A stretch of DNA of 64,000 nucleotides from contig OZ231126.1 in the NCBI GenBank assembly GCA_965153355.1, positions 43,462,001-43,526,000 on the forward strand, given 5' to 3'. A program made the position numbers and the translations under genes. This stretch comes from Flaccisagitta enflata. Its lineage: Eukaryota. This document shows, in pieces, positions 40,046 to 62,167 of this stretch. The stretch's first letter is position 1. Each line of letters starts with the position of its first letter. The notes below the pieces were generated by a model. That model searched no databases and had not been told where the DNA came from. It saw only the letters and a program-made list of their open reading frames with translations.

Positions 40046-43000
40046 TCAAGCAAATAGCGCCTTTCTTCTTTATTTTTCCTGCGATGTTTCGACCTTTTTT
40101 CAATTCCCTCTGTTGGTTCTTCTTCAAATTCGTTATCATTCACGTCTTTTATCTGTTTTTCGTCTTTTTCTTCTGATTCTGACGATGATTTCGCTTCTTT
40201 GTTGCTTTCCTTTAATTCATCTATAATGGTTCCATGGCTTTCACTCACAGCCTTTTCTGTTTCTTCTTCAATTGCGATGCCAACTCCTTCTTCAATGGTT
40301 TCGAATTCTCTTTCAGGTTTTCCTGTTTCTTCTTCAATTGCGATGCCAACTCCTTCTTCAGTGGTTTCGAATCCCTTTTCAGGTCCTGTTGTTGTCGTTT
40401 CTCCGCTTCCCGATAGGACTTCGATATTTTGCGTCTTCCGGTTCTTCCTCTTCTTCTTTTTCTTCTTCGTTGTCGCTTGATCTTCGCTTTTTGTATGATC
40501 ATCAGATTCTAACTGATCGCCGTCATTCGAATGGTTGCCACTTCCACCTTGATTATCACCCCCTTCTCCGGATCCGGCTTCAGTTTCCGACTGATCCCCG
40601 CTCACAAGCTGATCACCACCACTTTCTTTTTGGTGCCCACTCTCTGTCAAATCTTTGCTTCCACTTCCTGTTTGATCCACATTTCCTTCTCCCGCGGTAT
40701 CGCCTCCTTTTCTTTCCTCCGAGACCACGTGGTCTCGTTTAATAGTGTCTCCCTCGATTGCTTCTATCTCTTTGGCGAGATTTCTGTCCTTTCCCTCATC
40801 TGATTTTCTTTCATCGCTACCTCCCTCGATATTACTTTTCTCTTTTCTTTTTCCTAAGCCTCCATCAACACCTTGTATACTGCCTCCTCCGTCAGCTCCT
40901 TCTTTTCCTCCTTCTTCTAAATCAACTCCCTCTTCTCTTCTTCCTCTTCTTTCAACCGCTTCTTCCCTTCCTCTTCCTCCTCTTTCTATTTCCGGTTTGC
41001 GATATTCGAATTTGGTTCTATGCAGTGAAGTTGGCAGATGCAAAACACGCCGATGATGTTTTCCCGGAATACGCCGTCGATTCGACAACGGTGACGGAAG
41101 TTGGCCTGGAAGATCTCCCGCCGCTACGCGACAACGTTTTGTCGACGACGAGGTGGCGACTCCGCGTCGATGATGATCGACGAGCGGTTGCAACTTAACG
41201 GAGAATGAAGGTGATGATAATTCGGATGTCACTGCGGGAGAGGAGGATGATGAGGTGGAAATAGGCGGTAGGGTACAGAAGGAAGAGGGTAGAGTAGATA
41301 CGTCCGTGAACAATTGTTTTAGACGAGTCTCTCCACAGTTTTCTGTAGAAGTTTCGATGAATGAAATCACTTGGGGCGTTGAGTATTTTACGTCTTCTGC
41401 TGAATCGTGAAAGGAGGAGAAATTTTCGTCACCTTCCTTTCTTCTTGGCAGCAAAGGCTCAAAGTCGTCGAATTTTTCCGCCGTTGAAGGTGAGTCTGTG
41501 GGCGGGGGCGTCGAGGTTGCGGCCGGAAGCGTCCAGTCTGCGGGCGGAAGCGTCGCAGAGGCGATCGAGGCCAAAGACGACGAGGAATTAGAAAGTCGCG
41601 ACGATTTTGGCTGAGCGAAGTTACGCAACGACGGGATCTGGGGATGGGGATGATGCAATAATATGGAAATGAACGCAGGAAACAAACTAGATGACTGTAT
41701 GGGAGTTGATTAGGAAGTCATATTCAAATTTTATTCTCATTTCAAAATGGAAAAAGAATATAAACATGGGTTGGCCCCACATGATATTATGTCATGAGAA
41801 ACATACAGATTTATCGAAAAATCGTTATCCCACTTCTAAGCTTCGAAAATGCAGGCAAAAACATCAGTGAAGCCGATACAATTCAGGCAGAGTTGAAAGA
41901 AACTATTTTGATTGTTTTGGTTGAAGAACATTTTATCTTTTCTTCCCCACAGCATCAGCAGCAGCGGATGAAATAGGTTGTTTTGATTTTCTTGACAGAT
42001 CCCGGTCCGGGATTACTATGTACTTTCAGGTTCGCTCCGTCTCTCTGATCTTAAAAGACGGCTTGGATTTTGAGTCATACAAAAAATATACTCAAGAATA
42101 CATTATCTCTCACTTTCTTATCCTTTCTTTTTAAGTCGCGTGCACGCGACTCTATACCCCGCTTTGTCGGTCCGTTGGTCCGTTCGTCACACTTTTTCGG
42201 CGTTTTTGGCAGTCTTTGGTCATACAGCTCTAGCCCAAATGCTCTCAAAAACGGCCCCTGCCCACTCGCAGGACTAGGGAAGCCGTGTATCCGGCCTTGT
42301 TAGTTGCTCAACTTAGAGGAATTTTTGGGTTGATGGGATCAACATAATAACGATTAATAGCATCAGAATCCCTCGTCGGTTGTTTAGACCTCCCCTAAAG
42401 CGTCAGCTATGCGAGAAAACAAGTGTGAAACAAGCCGTCTCTTGATGGCAAATTAAAACCTAAGTCCAGGCCAAAGGCTACATCGGTGGAGAATATCTCA
42501 CCCCAAACGAAAAAAGCCCTTTGGCTGTATCCGCTTGTCCGTATCGATCCGTTGGGCTATATGTATTTGATTTTAGGTTGTCTGTCAGTCGTTTTTAGTC
42601 ACGGACGCGCGACTTTGTAAGTTGCCGTGACGGTACATTAGTCCGATTGATCTTGCCAATGTGTGATCTTGCCAATGTGTGATCTTGTGATATTCTTAGT
42701 AGCGGACTCCGTCTGTCGGTCCATGATGATCGAATTGAAAAGGTCAAAAGGGTGATAGTCGCAAAAGCGTTACATGGTCAGCGGTACCCGATGCCCCTAA
42801 GTTAGTGTATGTGGGAATGAGATTGTGAGAGGGGCAGCGGCCCCGGAGGGGCCGATGACCTATGATTCCACATAGGACAATTTTCTCCGGTTTGAGAGGC
42901 TGGTTTGGAGGGCTGAGAGGCCTGATTTTGGCTCTGAAAGGTCTGATTTAGGGTGTAAGAGGCGAGGTTTGGGGTCTGAGAGGCTAGATTTGGGATCTGA

Positions 43001-45003
43001 AAGGCCTTATTTGGGTCTGAGGGGTCTAATTTGGGGTCTGAAAAGCCTGACATGGGGTCTGGGGCCTGATTTGGATCTGAGAGGCCTAATTTGGGGTCTG
43101 AGAAGCTTGATCTGGGGTCTGGGAGGTCTGATTTGGGTTCTGGGAGGCCTGATTTGAGGTCTGAGAAGCCTGATTTGGGGTCAGAAAGGTCTGATTTGGA
43201 GTTGAAAAGGCCTGATTTGGGGTCTGAGAGGCTTTATTTGAGGCTTGGGGGAGGGGGGGACGGACGGACGGACGGACGGAAACCGGAGAAAATTGCCCTA
43301 TGTGGAATCATAGGTCATCGGCCCCTCCGGGGCCGCTGCCCAAAAACGAGCATTCGTTACGATTTAAGGTAGGGATGTGGAAGCGGTCGATTTTAATGCC
43401 GCTTCCACCGCTTCCGCTTCCGCTTCCGCTACCATTTTACAGTTCAAATACTAGTAGCTATCCCATCCTCTAAATTGGAAGCGGTCAATCGCTTCCACAT
43501 CCCTAATTTAAGGTACTGCGGTAGTGTTTGTGTCTAAGGGGTTGTTGTTGTTGTTGTTGCCACTTGGGAGGAGTGGAAGTTTTCCATACTCTCGTACAGT
43601 ATGGGGCGTTCTGCCTGCCAATGCAATTACGCAGATCCACCATTCGAGGCGCCCCTGTCCGGATCCATTGTTACCCTCCCTTCCACCCTTCAACCCTCCC
43701 GTCTAGCTAGCTATTTTTACTGTATTCACCAATCAACCCCTCCTAGAGCCCGATCGCATGGTTGAGGATTCCAACCTCCATTGAAAAGACTCGTCCAATG
43801 CAGGACTCGAACTCGTGGCCCAGAGGGCCACGAGCGCACACGCTACCTCTGAGCTATCCCCCCCCCTGTGTTTAAGGGGTGGGAAAGGGGGGGTGTGGAA
43901 TAGGGTTGTATGCCCCTATCCGCGACGATATTGTAACCCCGCGATACTCGTTTGGTTAAAATTGGCTGCATGATGTAAAGCAACGGAAGAAAACTACATC
44001 TTTGGAGCCATAAAAAATTTAAAAAATCAAAAACGGTTCTGCGATTTGTTTCCACGCTACTCAAGACTGCACTGACGCGGAAAAAGAACTGAGTAACGCT
44101 ATTAGCTTAAATGATCAAAGAGCGATTTTTAAATAAGTTAAAACTGATTAAGTCTTGATGCATAAATGCCTTTTTAAATCTTCATCAACAGCCCACGTGA
44201 TAAGCTTTTGTACGTATCCCGGCTCGGGAAAAATTCTCGCCGGAAAATCGTGACAAATTTGTTTTTACAAAGATTAACTTGAATTATAAAGATAAAGTAA
44301 AAAAACAAGGCCGGATACACGGCTACCGAAGTCGCGTGCGGGTGGGCAGGGGCCATATATGAGGTCACTAGACTATTTGGGCAGGAGCAGTGAGGTCAAA
44401 GAAATAAAATCATAAAAAAAGGTAAAGTGTGACCGACCGACCAACCGACCGACCGACGGACAAAGCGGGTTGTAGAGTCGCGTGCACGCGACTAAAAAGA
44501 GAATAAGACGACGCGAGGGTCGTTTTAAGACTGGAAAGCCTGGCCCCAGCTTTGATGCAGTAGAGAAGTGAAAGGAATGCTCGAAAGTCCGAACTAATTC
44601 TGACAAATGTGCCATTTTTAGTCGCGGACACGCGACTCTACACCTTGCCGTGTCGATCGGTAGGTTGGTACGTTACGAACTTTTTTGGATTTCGAGCGGT
44701 TTTTGCATTACGGCCCCTGCCCAACCGTCCGCGACTGTCTTGCTGTGTATCCGGCCTTGTTTAAGGTGCATCCCCGCATTTCTATAAGATGGTCTACCCG
44801 TCCATATGTCCGTCAGTCAGTCACACCTTTTCTCCAAAATGTTGAGATTTAGCGACTTTCGTGACTTGGATGATTCTAAAGCAAAATCAGGTAACGCTGC
44901 AACTGTTGCACATGACAGTCCATCTGTCTTTCCATAACTCACACACTGTTAATACAAAAATCAGCACGCAGTGACACCGTCAGGACGCATCGTTCCGTTT
45001 TGG

Positions 45004-45093
<90 letters not shown>

Positions 45094-45107
45094 TTCTTGT
45101 TGTTGTC

Positions 45108-45153
<46 letters not shown>

Positions 45154-45248
45154 TTGTTGTTGTTGTTGTTGTTGTTGTTGTTTGGTTGTTGTTGTTATTT
45201 TTTGGTTGTTGTTATTGTCGTTTCTATTATTGTTGTTGTTGTTGTTGC

Positions 45249-45289
<41 letters not shown>

Positions 45290-45294
45290 GTTGT

Positions 45295-45335
<41 letters not shown>

Positions 45336-45386
45336 ATGTTGTTGTTGTTGTTTTTGCTGTTGTTGCTGTCATCGTCGTCGTCATCG

Positions 45387-45471
<85 letters not shown>

Positions 45472-46899
45472 GCTTGTTGTGGTTGCTGTTGTTGTGGTTG
45501 TTGTTGCTTTCGTGTATTTCGCTCTTCTGTCTGTTGAAGCTGTTGTCTTCGTCATCGTTTTAGCGATTGCTTTTGAATCAGCCTTTGTCAATTTATTCCC
45601 AACATTCTCACGGGGCGATTAAGCTTACCTCCAGTCGCTTCCAATGGGCTTGTCCTTCTTTCGCCTCAGCCGTATCAGCTCCTTGTCGTTCCTTTCTTCT
45701 TTGTTCTCGTCTGGTGTCGATACATTTTTCTATCAATTTTATATCTTTATCGCCGCAAAATCGTTCTTGCTTCTCAGTCGCGTCCATAATCATTTTCGTA
45801 CCATCATCAATTTCATTCGTGGTATTATTTCCTCCCTTTACATTTTTCCTTCTTCGGACTTTCTTCCTCTGTATCGACATTCCTTCGTCCTCCGCCAAAC
45901 CTCCGCTTTCTTCGTTGTACCCGTTTAGTTTGTTTTTCTTACCGACTCCACCACCCGTTCTCATACTTGCATCTGTCACATCTACTTTCCCGTCGCGTTC
46001 ATTTCTTCGTTTTTCATTGTTCATTCCTCCGTCAGTCATTCTTGTGTCTCGCTCACTTCCATCTTCGCGTCGGCTGTCGTCCTCAAGGCCTTGTCTATGG
46101 TCCAATCCACAGTTTTTCATTTCATCATCAAAAATCACTCCTTTTCTGTCCTTCGTAGTTTCTATCTTCGGTGGCGATGTACTTAGCGTTGGTGTCATCT
46201 TCGTCGTCGTCGCTCTCGTCGTAGTCGTGGTAGTAGATGCCGTCAGTGTCGTCAACGCCGTCTCCGGGGCCAATTCCGTAGCGTTCAACGGAGGCGTCGT
46301 GTCTCTTGGTTTTGCCATCGTAGTCACGTCGGTTGTAATTCTGACATTTTCTTCTTGATCTTCGGTGACCGTGTCGATGAATCCTTGGGAAATCGCCGAA
46401 GTAGAAGAAGTAGAAAGTGAATGCGTGATCGTTTCCAATGGCAAATGAGATGATGATACATTGACAATCCCATTCGCGTTGTTTATCTTCATGGTATTCA
46501 AAAGGGATGCATCATTATCCGCATCAACAATCCGCTCCTCCGCGACCGCATCCACATCCACCCAAATCGCATCTGTATCTTCAATGGCATCTGCCTCCGC
46601 ATCTCTCGCTATGAAAACGGCGTCCGCATCCAAATCCGAATCCGAGTCCGCAAGTCTAACCAAAGAAACGGTGGGCGCCAATCCGATCGACCCAAAGGCG
46701 ATCGTCGGCACTTCCGAGATTTCCGACGCCACGACGACGACGAAAAATTCGGTGTCCCCGTCGAGATGAGGATGAGCGCGAGGCCAAGGAGGAAGGGACT
46801 CATCATTCATGGATCCAACGGCGTTATACGTCGTTGACATTGACGTTGTCATATCATCCATCACGATAACGGTTTCATCAACGCATGGCACGGTATCCG
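39592..46899 (-). CDS. Hypothetical low-complexity or disordered protein; two large exons (about 46899-45629 and 41637-39592)
   Basis: ORFs of 427 and 697 aa lie on the same strand. A strong donor GAG/GTAAGC at 45629 and a pyrimidine-rich acceptor CCCCAG at 41638 join them in phase 0 (HWKRLE-IPSLRNF). No domain recognised. Confidence 0.45.
43370..43505. mobile_element. 136-bp hAT-type MITE
   Basis: TIR TAGGGATGTGGAAGCG / CGCTTCCACATCCCTA. 8-bp TSD ATTTAAGG. Confidence 0.9.
43542..43866 (-). mobile_element. tRNA-derived SINE
   Basis: Minus strand shows A box TAGCTCAGAGGTAG, B box GAGTTCGAGTCC and a (CAA)n tail. 13-bp TSD TGTGT(C/T)TAAGGGG at 43529-43541 and 43867-43879. Confidence 0.85.
45003..45505. 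repeat. (GTT)n microsatellite
   Basis: Direct sequence. Confidence 0.95.
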
Positions 46900-47914
46900 C
46901 TGGATTTGGGAAGCCTCATTGACAGGCGTCCGCCTCGACGACCGATAACAACCATCGCATCATCACGGGCTTGCGCGGCAGATCGTTGCCGACGGCGCCT
47001 TAGCGCGTCGCCCTGGATGATCACGGGAAGCGGCAGCGGCAGCGCGGCGCTGGCAACGACGGCGGCGGCGGCGGCAACGTAGCCTTCAGCGGCAGTTACC
47101 AATTTCGACAGCAGGGTGATGGAGGCGCTGGCGAAATCCCAGGACAGAAATTCAGACGGACCAACTCCGACGAATTCCGTCATGAGTTCGTGCATGTGCA
47201 GATTAAGTCGCAGCACAAGCAGAGAAATATCTCCAAAGACTCGAAAGATCACCCGATTTACCCCACAGACGATATTTCGTGCAGGAATACGAAATTTGGG
47301 CGGCGCAGTTTTTGAACATTCATCCGTTTGGCAACGTCATGATTAAGAAGGAGAATCGGGAGAGTAAGAGGACGTTGACGGCTTATATGAGGAAGATCGC
47401 GGGTGACGCTTACGGCATTTGCATACGCAAAAGAATGAAGAAATTGAACGAGTATCAGTTGAAGAATTTCGAGTTTTCCAATGGAGGGCTGTCGTTATCA
47501 TCGTCGTCGTCGTCTGGACATAATAATCATTTTCATTTGGACCGGTCGTTGCATGCCGCCGATGCGTATTCGTGATTACAGTTATTTGTAATTTTGTATT
47601 GTTATGTTCATTCATTTGTCCGTGTGTGTGTGTGTTTGTGTGCGCGTTTGACGTAGTTTTCTTTTTCTTGCATGCGTTTTCATCCTTATTCTCAAATTAC
47701 ATGGATAGACTAATTTTCATTATGAAATTCATTGAATCATTCGCATTTTTTGATCGATCATTTCAGGTACAGACTGTTCAATCAATTCTTTGTGACTGAC
47801 AAAAAATCAACACTAGTTGAGAAATTCGATTTCGAATTTTGAAATCTATTTAACTTCGAAGCCTTCAAAGAAGTCTCTTCTCTCTTTCTCTCAACTCTCC
47901 CCGACCAACCAAAA

Positions 47915-48479
47915 ATGTCTAAAGCGAATCCTCCCGAATTGAAGAAGTTCATGGACAAAAAGTTGAGTCTGCAGCTCAACGCCGGAAGACGTCTCGTGGG
48001 CACGCTGCGGGGATACGATCCGTTCATGAACCTCGTCATCGCCGACACCGTCGAGTTGCTCAAGAACGGGGAAAAACGACAGGTTAGTAGAGAAAGTGTC
48101 TGAGGCACGGGTTCCCAAAGTAGACGCGATCTGGGCGTTTGGGAAAGGTACAGACTTGTTGATGATTGAATTGAACTGGCGAACAGTTTTCAAATGTGCC
48201 GTATTTAAGGCTTAGCGAAGGATCTCGCTGATGATGACTGTTGGAGTGTTGGTACTGCTTAAATGCTCAAATGCTTAATTGCTCGCAGAAGTGAAATACA
48301 GATCAGTCCATGGCCGTAACTCGAGATCTTTAGGAAACTCTTTTACGAAAAGTTCCCTTCACACGCGCGTGTCATGTCATGTCGACGTCAACGTTCGATT
48401 TTTCGCCCCTTGGCAGGTCGGGATGGCCGTGATTCGTGGCAACTCAGTCGTCATGATCGAGGCGATGGACAGAATATGA
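47915..48479 (+). CDS. SNRPG: Small nuclear ribonucleoprotein G, copy 1 (exons 47915-48082, 48417-48479; 76 aa)
   Basis: [34 protein letters not shown] (Sm1 and Sm2 motifs); GT-AG phase 0 intron. Confidence 0.95.
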
Positions 48480-48986
48480 CAGAAGACGAATCAACTCCGT
48501 TAAAGATACGATGACGTCATCGCAACGATGGACCGAACTTGAAAAAGTTGGTTGAACCCACGATAGCAGCAACTCGTCTCTGATCGCGGAACTTCCGGAC
48601 ACGTTCACAACGTATTTCTGCAGCTGATTGACTTCATTACAACGTTATTCATCTAAATGTATTATTTTGTATTATTCTAATTAAGAAGAGTACGCGGATT
48701 AAATTTCACCTACCTACGAAAGCCGCCATACGGAAACGGTTTTTAGCAACGCAATGCCTGATTTTTATAAAGCCATTCATGAAAATTCACTTTTTCACAG
48801 TCAACTTCACTTTTGCACTCGGTTTCAAAATTCCGACAGCCAGCTAATTTCTCTCAAAACAGCCCAATCACCTTCAAAGACAAACTGATATAAATTAGAT
48901 AACTCGATCAATCGATTACTCCGTGAAATTTAAAAGAGAAGTTTCCCCAAGACAAGTAGTTATCTAACTTTACCAAACAAACAAGA

Positions 48987-49678
48987 ATGTCTAAAGCTAG
49001 TCCTCCCGAGTTAAAGAAGTTCATGGACAAGCGATTGGGCCTTCAGATCAACGGAGGTCGGAATCTCGTCGGAACTTTGCGGGGCTACGATCCGTTCATG
49101 AATCTCGTCATAGACGGATGCGTGGAGAAAATGAAAAATGGCCAAATGCGCGAGGTGAGGGTGCCTGCAGGGTGGCGGGAAGAGGCGAGAGGGAGATGAC
49201 TGTGTCTGGTTGTCTAGGAAAAGAAGATAAGGGCTGTATCTGACTGTAGGAATAGGAGAGGAGGAAGATAACTGCTTCCCCATTTCAGGGAGATTTTTTC
49301 TCGTTGTAGGAAAAGGAAAGGAGAAGATTGAATCTAGATGTAAGAAAAAGAAAGGGGGGAAAGCAGGGAAAAGAAGATTAAGAAAAGGAAAGGGGGAAGA
49401 TTAATGTTTCAGCTGAGAAGATATCCATTCGCATCTGTGAGGGTGCGAAGCCAATATCCATGTAAGCGGGGATTGCTACGAGGGTGGTTTTCCCGCTTAC
49501 ACTTGTTATAAATCAGGAAAAGGAAAGGACTCACTTCAAAGAAGTGGTTGAAAACTTGTTTCATCTACGCGCAGTGGTTGTTATCGTTATTGATTACTCT
49601 TTCGTTCTCAAGGTTGGCATGGTGGTCATTCGGGGAAACTCAGTCGTCATGCTGGAGGGTCTGGATCGAATTGGATGA
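48987..49678 (+). CDS. SNRPG: Small nuclear ribonucleoprotein G, copy 2 (exons 48987-49154, 49613-49678; 77 aa)
   Basis: Same motifs and same intron position as copy 1. AATAAA at 49701. Confidence 0.95.
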
Positions 49679-50197
49679 CCTTCTTTCGCTTCAAAATGCA
49701 AATAAACTTTAAAACGCCTGATCTTGCCACTAACTCGATGCCTGCGATGAACTCATCCATTTTGATACGTTGACTGCAACGTATCAATAGACACGATGAT
49801 GATTTATATTCAAGAGAAGAACTGTGATACATATTTACAAACGTGATACCTCTGATTTTAGCGTCCCTCGTTGTGTTTTTATATTTACCCTAGACGTATT
49901 CGCGTCTCGAAACGGCGTTTTACCAGATTTTGCATTCTAGCTGTAGCGCGAATTTACTGTCTTTTTAGTTGCGGACACGCACTCAATAAGAGGCTTTGTC
50001 CGTCCGTCCGTCCGTCCGTCCGTCCGTAAGCACGAGTCGAAAAGTGTGAAATTGCGCATTTCCGCCCCTGCCCACCTGTCCGCAACTGGTGGCCGTGTAT
50101 CCGGCCTTGTTTAACCTCGATCTCGGTTAACAATGTACTTTCTTAATCCAGATTACAAGTGTAGATTCTGACTGACCGCCAAAACTTGAGATACATA

Positions 50198-58010
<7,813 letters not shown>

Positions 58011-58350
58011 GGAGGAGGAGGAGGAGGGGGGAGGAGATGGCGATGAGGAGGAGAAGGCAGATAAGACAATTGATTTGGGGGGGATATATGAATTGTTTGT
58101 AATATCGTCGACGAGGACGTTATTACTCAGTCTATAGACATTTCGATATTTGTAGATATGTCTGCAGTTCAGTTTGGCTATCTCAGCATGAATCACTCAT
58201 TCTGGATATTTCAACTCAGTTGAGATCTCTCATTCTGGCACATTTCAGCGTTGAGATCTCTCGTCTACTGAGATAAATCTTGGACATGAGAATCTCAGCA
58301 TGGCTGAAATGTGGCACAAAATGGTCTATGAGTTGAAATGTCAGAATGGT

Positions 58351-58360
58351 NNNNNNNNNN
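58351..58360. other. Assembly gap
   Basis: 10 N. Confidence 1.
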
Positions 58361-61336
58361 ACCTTTCCAAAGGCGTAAGAACTCACACAGAGATTCTGCA
58401 CCACTCCATTGTTGGCAAGTCAATTCGTTTTCTCTTTTTTCCCTTCGTTCATCATTTACAAGCGTTGAGGCTCAGAGTTATATATGCTGGCTGCAGCTTC
58501 GTGGTCTTGTTAAGTTTGCAGTGGTAACTTGGACTTGTTCAGTTTTATGCGAGACTTTACATATATATGTGTTCACCCATGTGAAGTGCAAAGCAGTACT
58601 TTCTCCATTCTTTCTTCTCGTTTTGCTTTCTCACTCCTTTTCCTTGCCTCAAAATTGGAGAGAAATTGCAATAGAGAGAAAAAAAAAGATCTTTTTCTCT
58701 TTCTGCCATAAAAGTCAGTCGTTCTCACTTTTGCGCTGGTGAGGAGACCCGCCCCTTTGCCACCTACTTTTTTTGGGCAACGGATTCGAAAGCGATGATC
58801 TCCTCAAGACCTAATTTCTGCAATTTTGGACGTTACTTTTAGGCTTGGAAGGCCACCGCTTTTACCATTTGACTATCACAGTGCAGTATGATAATGTAAG
58901 CTTTTAAGCACTTGCTCATACATTGAAGTACATGGAAGTACCGCCAGCCACATATGGCCCCTGGTCGTCCGTCTCCTACCTTCTCCTCTTCCCCCTCCTT
59001 CTTTTCTGCCCCCTTTTCGCCCCTCGTCTCTGTCAGGGCATTTGCTCCTTAAGACAGTTAATTTTTGAAGGAAGAAATTAGTGTTTCAAATCACTTTTTG
59101 CATAATTAGTTGAACAAATAAAGAACTACAAATACTTTTCTTGGGCAAATTGTCTCTTGGGACACTTGGTGTATACATCTTTGTCATAAGCTGACCTCAT
59201 TCTTACTTTTGGATATGCAAATTACATGAAATAAGGCAAGAAAATCAAGGTTTTTGTGAAATTTTGCTTACATTTTTTTAATTTTTCTGTGGTTGAAATT
59301 CTAAGACTCTTAAATGCATCAAAATTTTGCATTTTCAAAATCATAGTTCTCTCTGTAATTGAATTTGGAAGAGAACTATGTTTTCTATTTTTTCATTTTT
59401 TCATTATCTATGCAAATTTAGAATTTCAACCACCCCCCTGTCAGTTACCAAAAATGAAATTTTCAGAAATTTGCAGTAACTTTCCTTTATCAATCTTGGC
59501 CATATTAAGTTGATTTTTGTATTAGAATGTGAATCGTGCAAAATATTACTAATATCAACCTTTTTCACAGATTTTCTTGATACAATTATTCCGTTTTACT
59601 TAGATTCATATTTATATTTTGACCCTTGTTGAAACAAAAAATGTTGGCTTCGGAGGCTTGCCGTCTTAATTTCATTCTTACCTACAATATTTGCTGGCAC
59701 ACACCCAGACGCACACTCACCCACCCACGTGTTACGTTCTTGCACGGTACGATGACTCGGCATGATCGATCACCGTCTTAACTCGTCGCGGTCTCTGTTC
59801 CACCAAGATGTAGTTTATAACTTGTAACTTGTCTCCACGTTTAACGCACGAGTGACGATGGTCCTTAAACAGCGTCGGAGCACTAAGCCCTTAATGGACC
59901 GGAAATGGTAGTACATATTGCATACGTACTGAATGGTTGCGTGACTTCCACGAGTCATATTTACAACATAAATAGCACAGCGTCTTGAGTACTAACTACT
60001 ACTCTGTTATCTTTAGAAGTAAACAAGCCCAGACGGGCAGCTCGATACGTCATCTGCGTGATATCAAAAGAGGCGTAACGGACGGACGGACGGACCCTCT
60101 TATAGAGATGCGACGACGCATCTAAAAACACGATGCTTTTATGTGCAGTGTATAAACGCACTTGGCCATATGCCCTGACTAGAGAAGCGAGCAGGGATCG
60201 AAGGGGCGTCGTGGGGCATTTTGACACATAAGGCCAGTTTGCCCAGAAAACTCTCCAGCACTCCGAGCTCGCATTAAATTCTGCTGGACTGAGTCCGCCT
60301 CCTCTGCAAACGAATGCATTCATGTATACGTCATTCCCGTAATCTCATTTCGCGCGCACGCACGCTCATTCCCACGCGCCTGCTACGCGTGTGCACATGC
60401 ACATGCAGAGTAGACCTCGTATAGACTTGATAGTGAGATTTAGCGATGAAGATATAAGAAGCTGATGATAATTGGATGATAAGTGACTTTAACGGCTGTT
60501 TAATTGATATACAGTATTTCTTGCATTTATCGCCCCTCTAATTAGCGCCCCCCCCCCCTTTTCAAGAGAGAAGAGAGCTTATGACAAAACTATATTTTTA
60601 AAGAAAATTCTATTATATTCATTGTGATTAAAGTTTCTCATTGGCGAAAAAAGCAAAAAATGGTAAGCAATGCAAAAAACATTTTATTTTAGTGCTTTAA
60701 TGCACAAAAGATTAGTCGAAAACAGTACATTTCAAATAGAATGATCTATATTTTAGTGAATAAGGGTGAGCTAATTGCAGGTTACTAGTTACAATGTGTC
60801 ATTTAATTTCTAAAGCGCCCATGGCGCTAATTACAGGAAATACGGAAATTGTTGGCTTCCGCGATGGTCAATAAATTTTCCTTTGATTTGCTCAATCACA
60901 AAATATCGCTTCCCTTATATCATCTAGATACAAACTATGCGTGCCCCCATTGTCTCAAGTCCAGACGAGAGCGACAGTACATGTGTGAGTGCATGCAACG
61001 TTACAAGTCTACTTGGCAATGGCGTTCGTGCTCTCGAGGCCTTCAAACGCATTTATCTCATATTCCCGTACCTACATGTGTCCCCGGAGCGCTGTCTTCT
61101 TATTCTTCTTTTTTATGTCATTTTATAAATCGTGCTACGCAGAGCCGCGCACCTAAGATCTATATAATGTGAGGACACTCCCTCTGTATATATAATATTT
61201 TATTACGAATTGTTGTGATGCAAGCCGCCCCCCCCTCCCTCCCTCCCCCCCACTCTCAATGTCCCGTACACGCGTCCTGTGCACGCACTCCCCGCCGAGT
61301 TTATTGTGTGCGTGCATGCGCGTGGGACCACATGAA

Positions 61337-61445
<109 letters not shown>

Positions 61446-61586
61446 CTACAACAGCACGTGCGTACACGCACACGAACACGCACACAGAGACACAGACAGT
61501 AAGTGAGAAAGATGACAGAGACTGAACAGCCATGGACAGACATTCAGTAACAGAGAGAGAAAGCGCGCAATAGAAAGAAAGAAATT

Positions 61587-61652
<66 letters not shown>

Positions 61653-61673
61653 CCCCCCTTCTTTTCATCATAG

Positions 61674-61912
61674 GAATGGTGTATTTGGCGGCGGTTAACG
61701 GATTATATCAGCTCAACACCAACTTGAAACAAATTCAGCGAGTCCTGACTGGTCCTCACCTGGACTCTCCCACTTGCGGGCCCGGAATCGCTCTTCAGCC
61801 GGAATCGCAGGCGGCCGCCAGGTGTCAACTCAAGGAAACAAACGCAGTCAACAAAGCGCTGATTATCGACAAACAAAACGACAGGATCATCGTCTGCTCC
61901 AATCTCTATCAG
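61674..61912 (+). CDS. Plexin Sema-domain exon (gene continues beyond the window)
   Basis: VYLAAVNGLYQL..TGPHLDSPTC..C..NAVNKALIID..RIIVCSNLYQ matches the start of the plexin Sema domain. CATAG acceptor and GTGAGA donor. Confidence 0.85.
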
Positions 61913-62089
61913 GTGAGACTTGAATAGAGATCATGATAGTATCGGTAATGGTGATGGAGATGACTGCGGACATTGATGATGATGGTGAGGGTGACGATAT
62001 GATGTCGATGATAATGAAGAAATGATGATGATGATGATAATGATGATGATGATGATGATGATGATGAAATGATGAAGAGAGGATGAAAA

Positions 62090-62167
<78 letters not shown>

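Noticed and set aside
38100-40230. Many long + strand ORFs rich in L, V, C and F
   Set aside because: They are translations of GT-rich minisatellite, open in several frames.
43790-43862. tRNA gene
   Set aside because: A and B boxes are present, but they are followed by a body, a (CAA)n tail and a TSD, so it is a SINE.
44971-45622. Poly-L/V/C ORFs resembling membrane or metallothionein proteins
   Set aside because: (GTT)n microsatellite.
47207-47575. + strand ORF (AEKYLQRLERS..GICIRKRM) as an extra gene before SmG
   Set aside because: Several overlapping frames on both strands are open here and no homology was recognised, so I cannot choose a frame.
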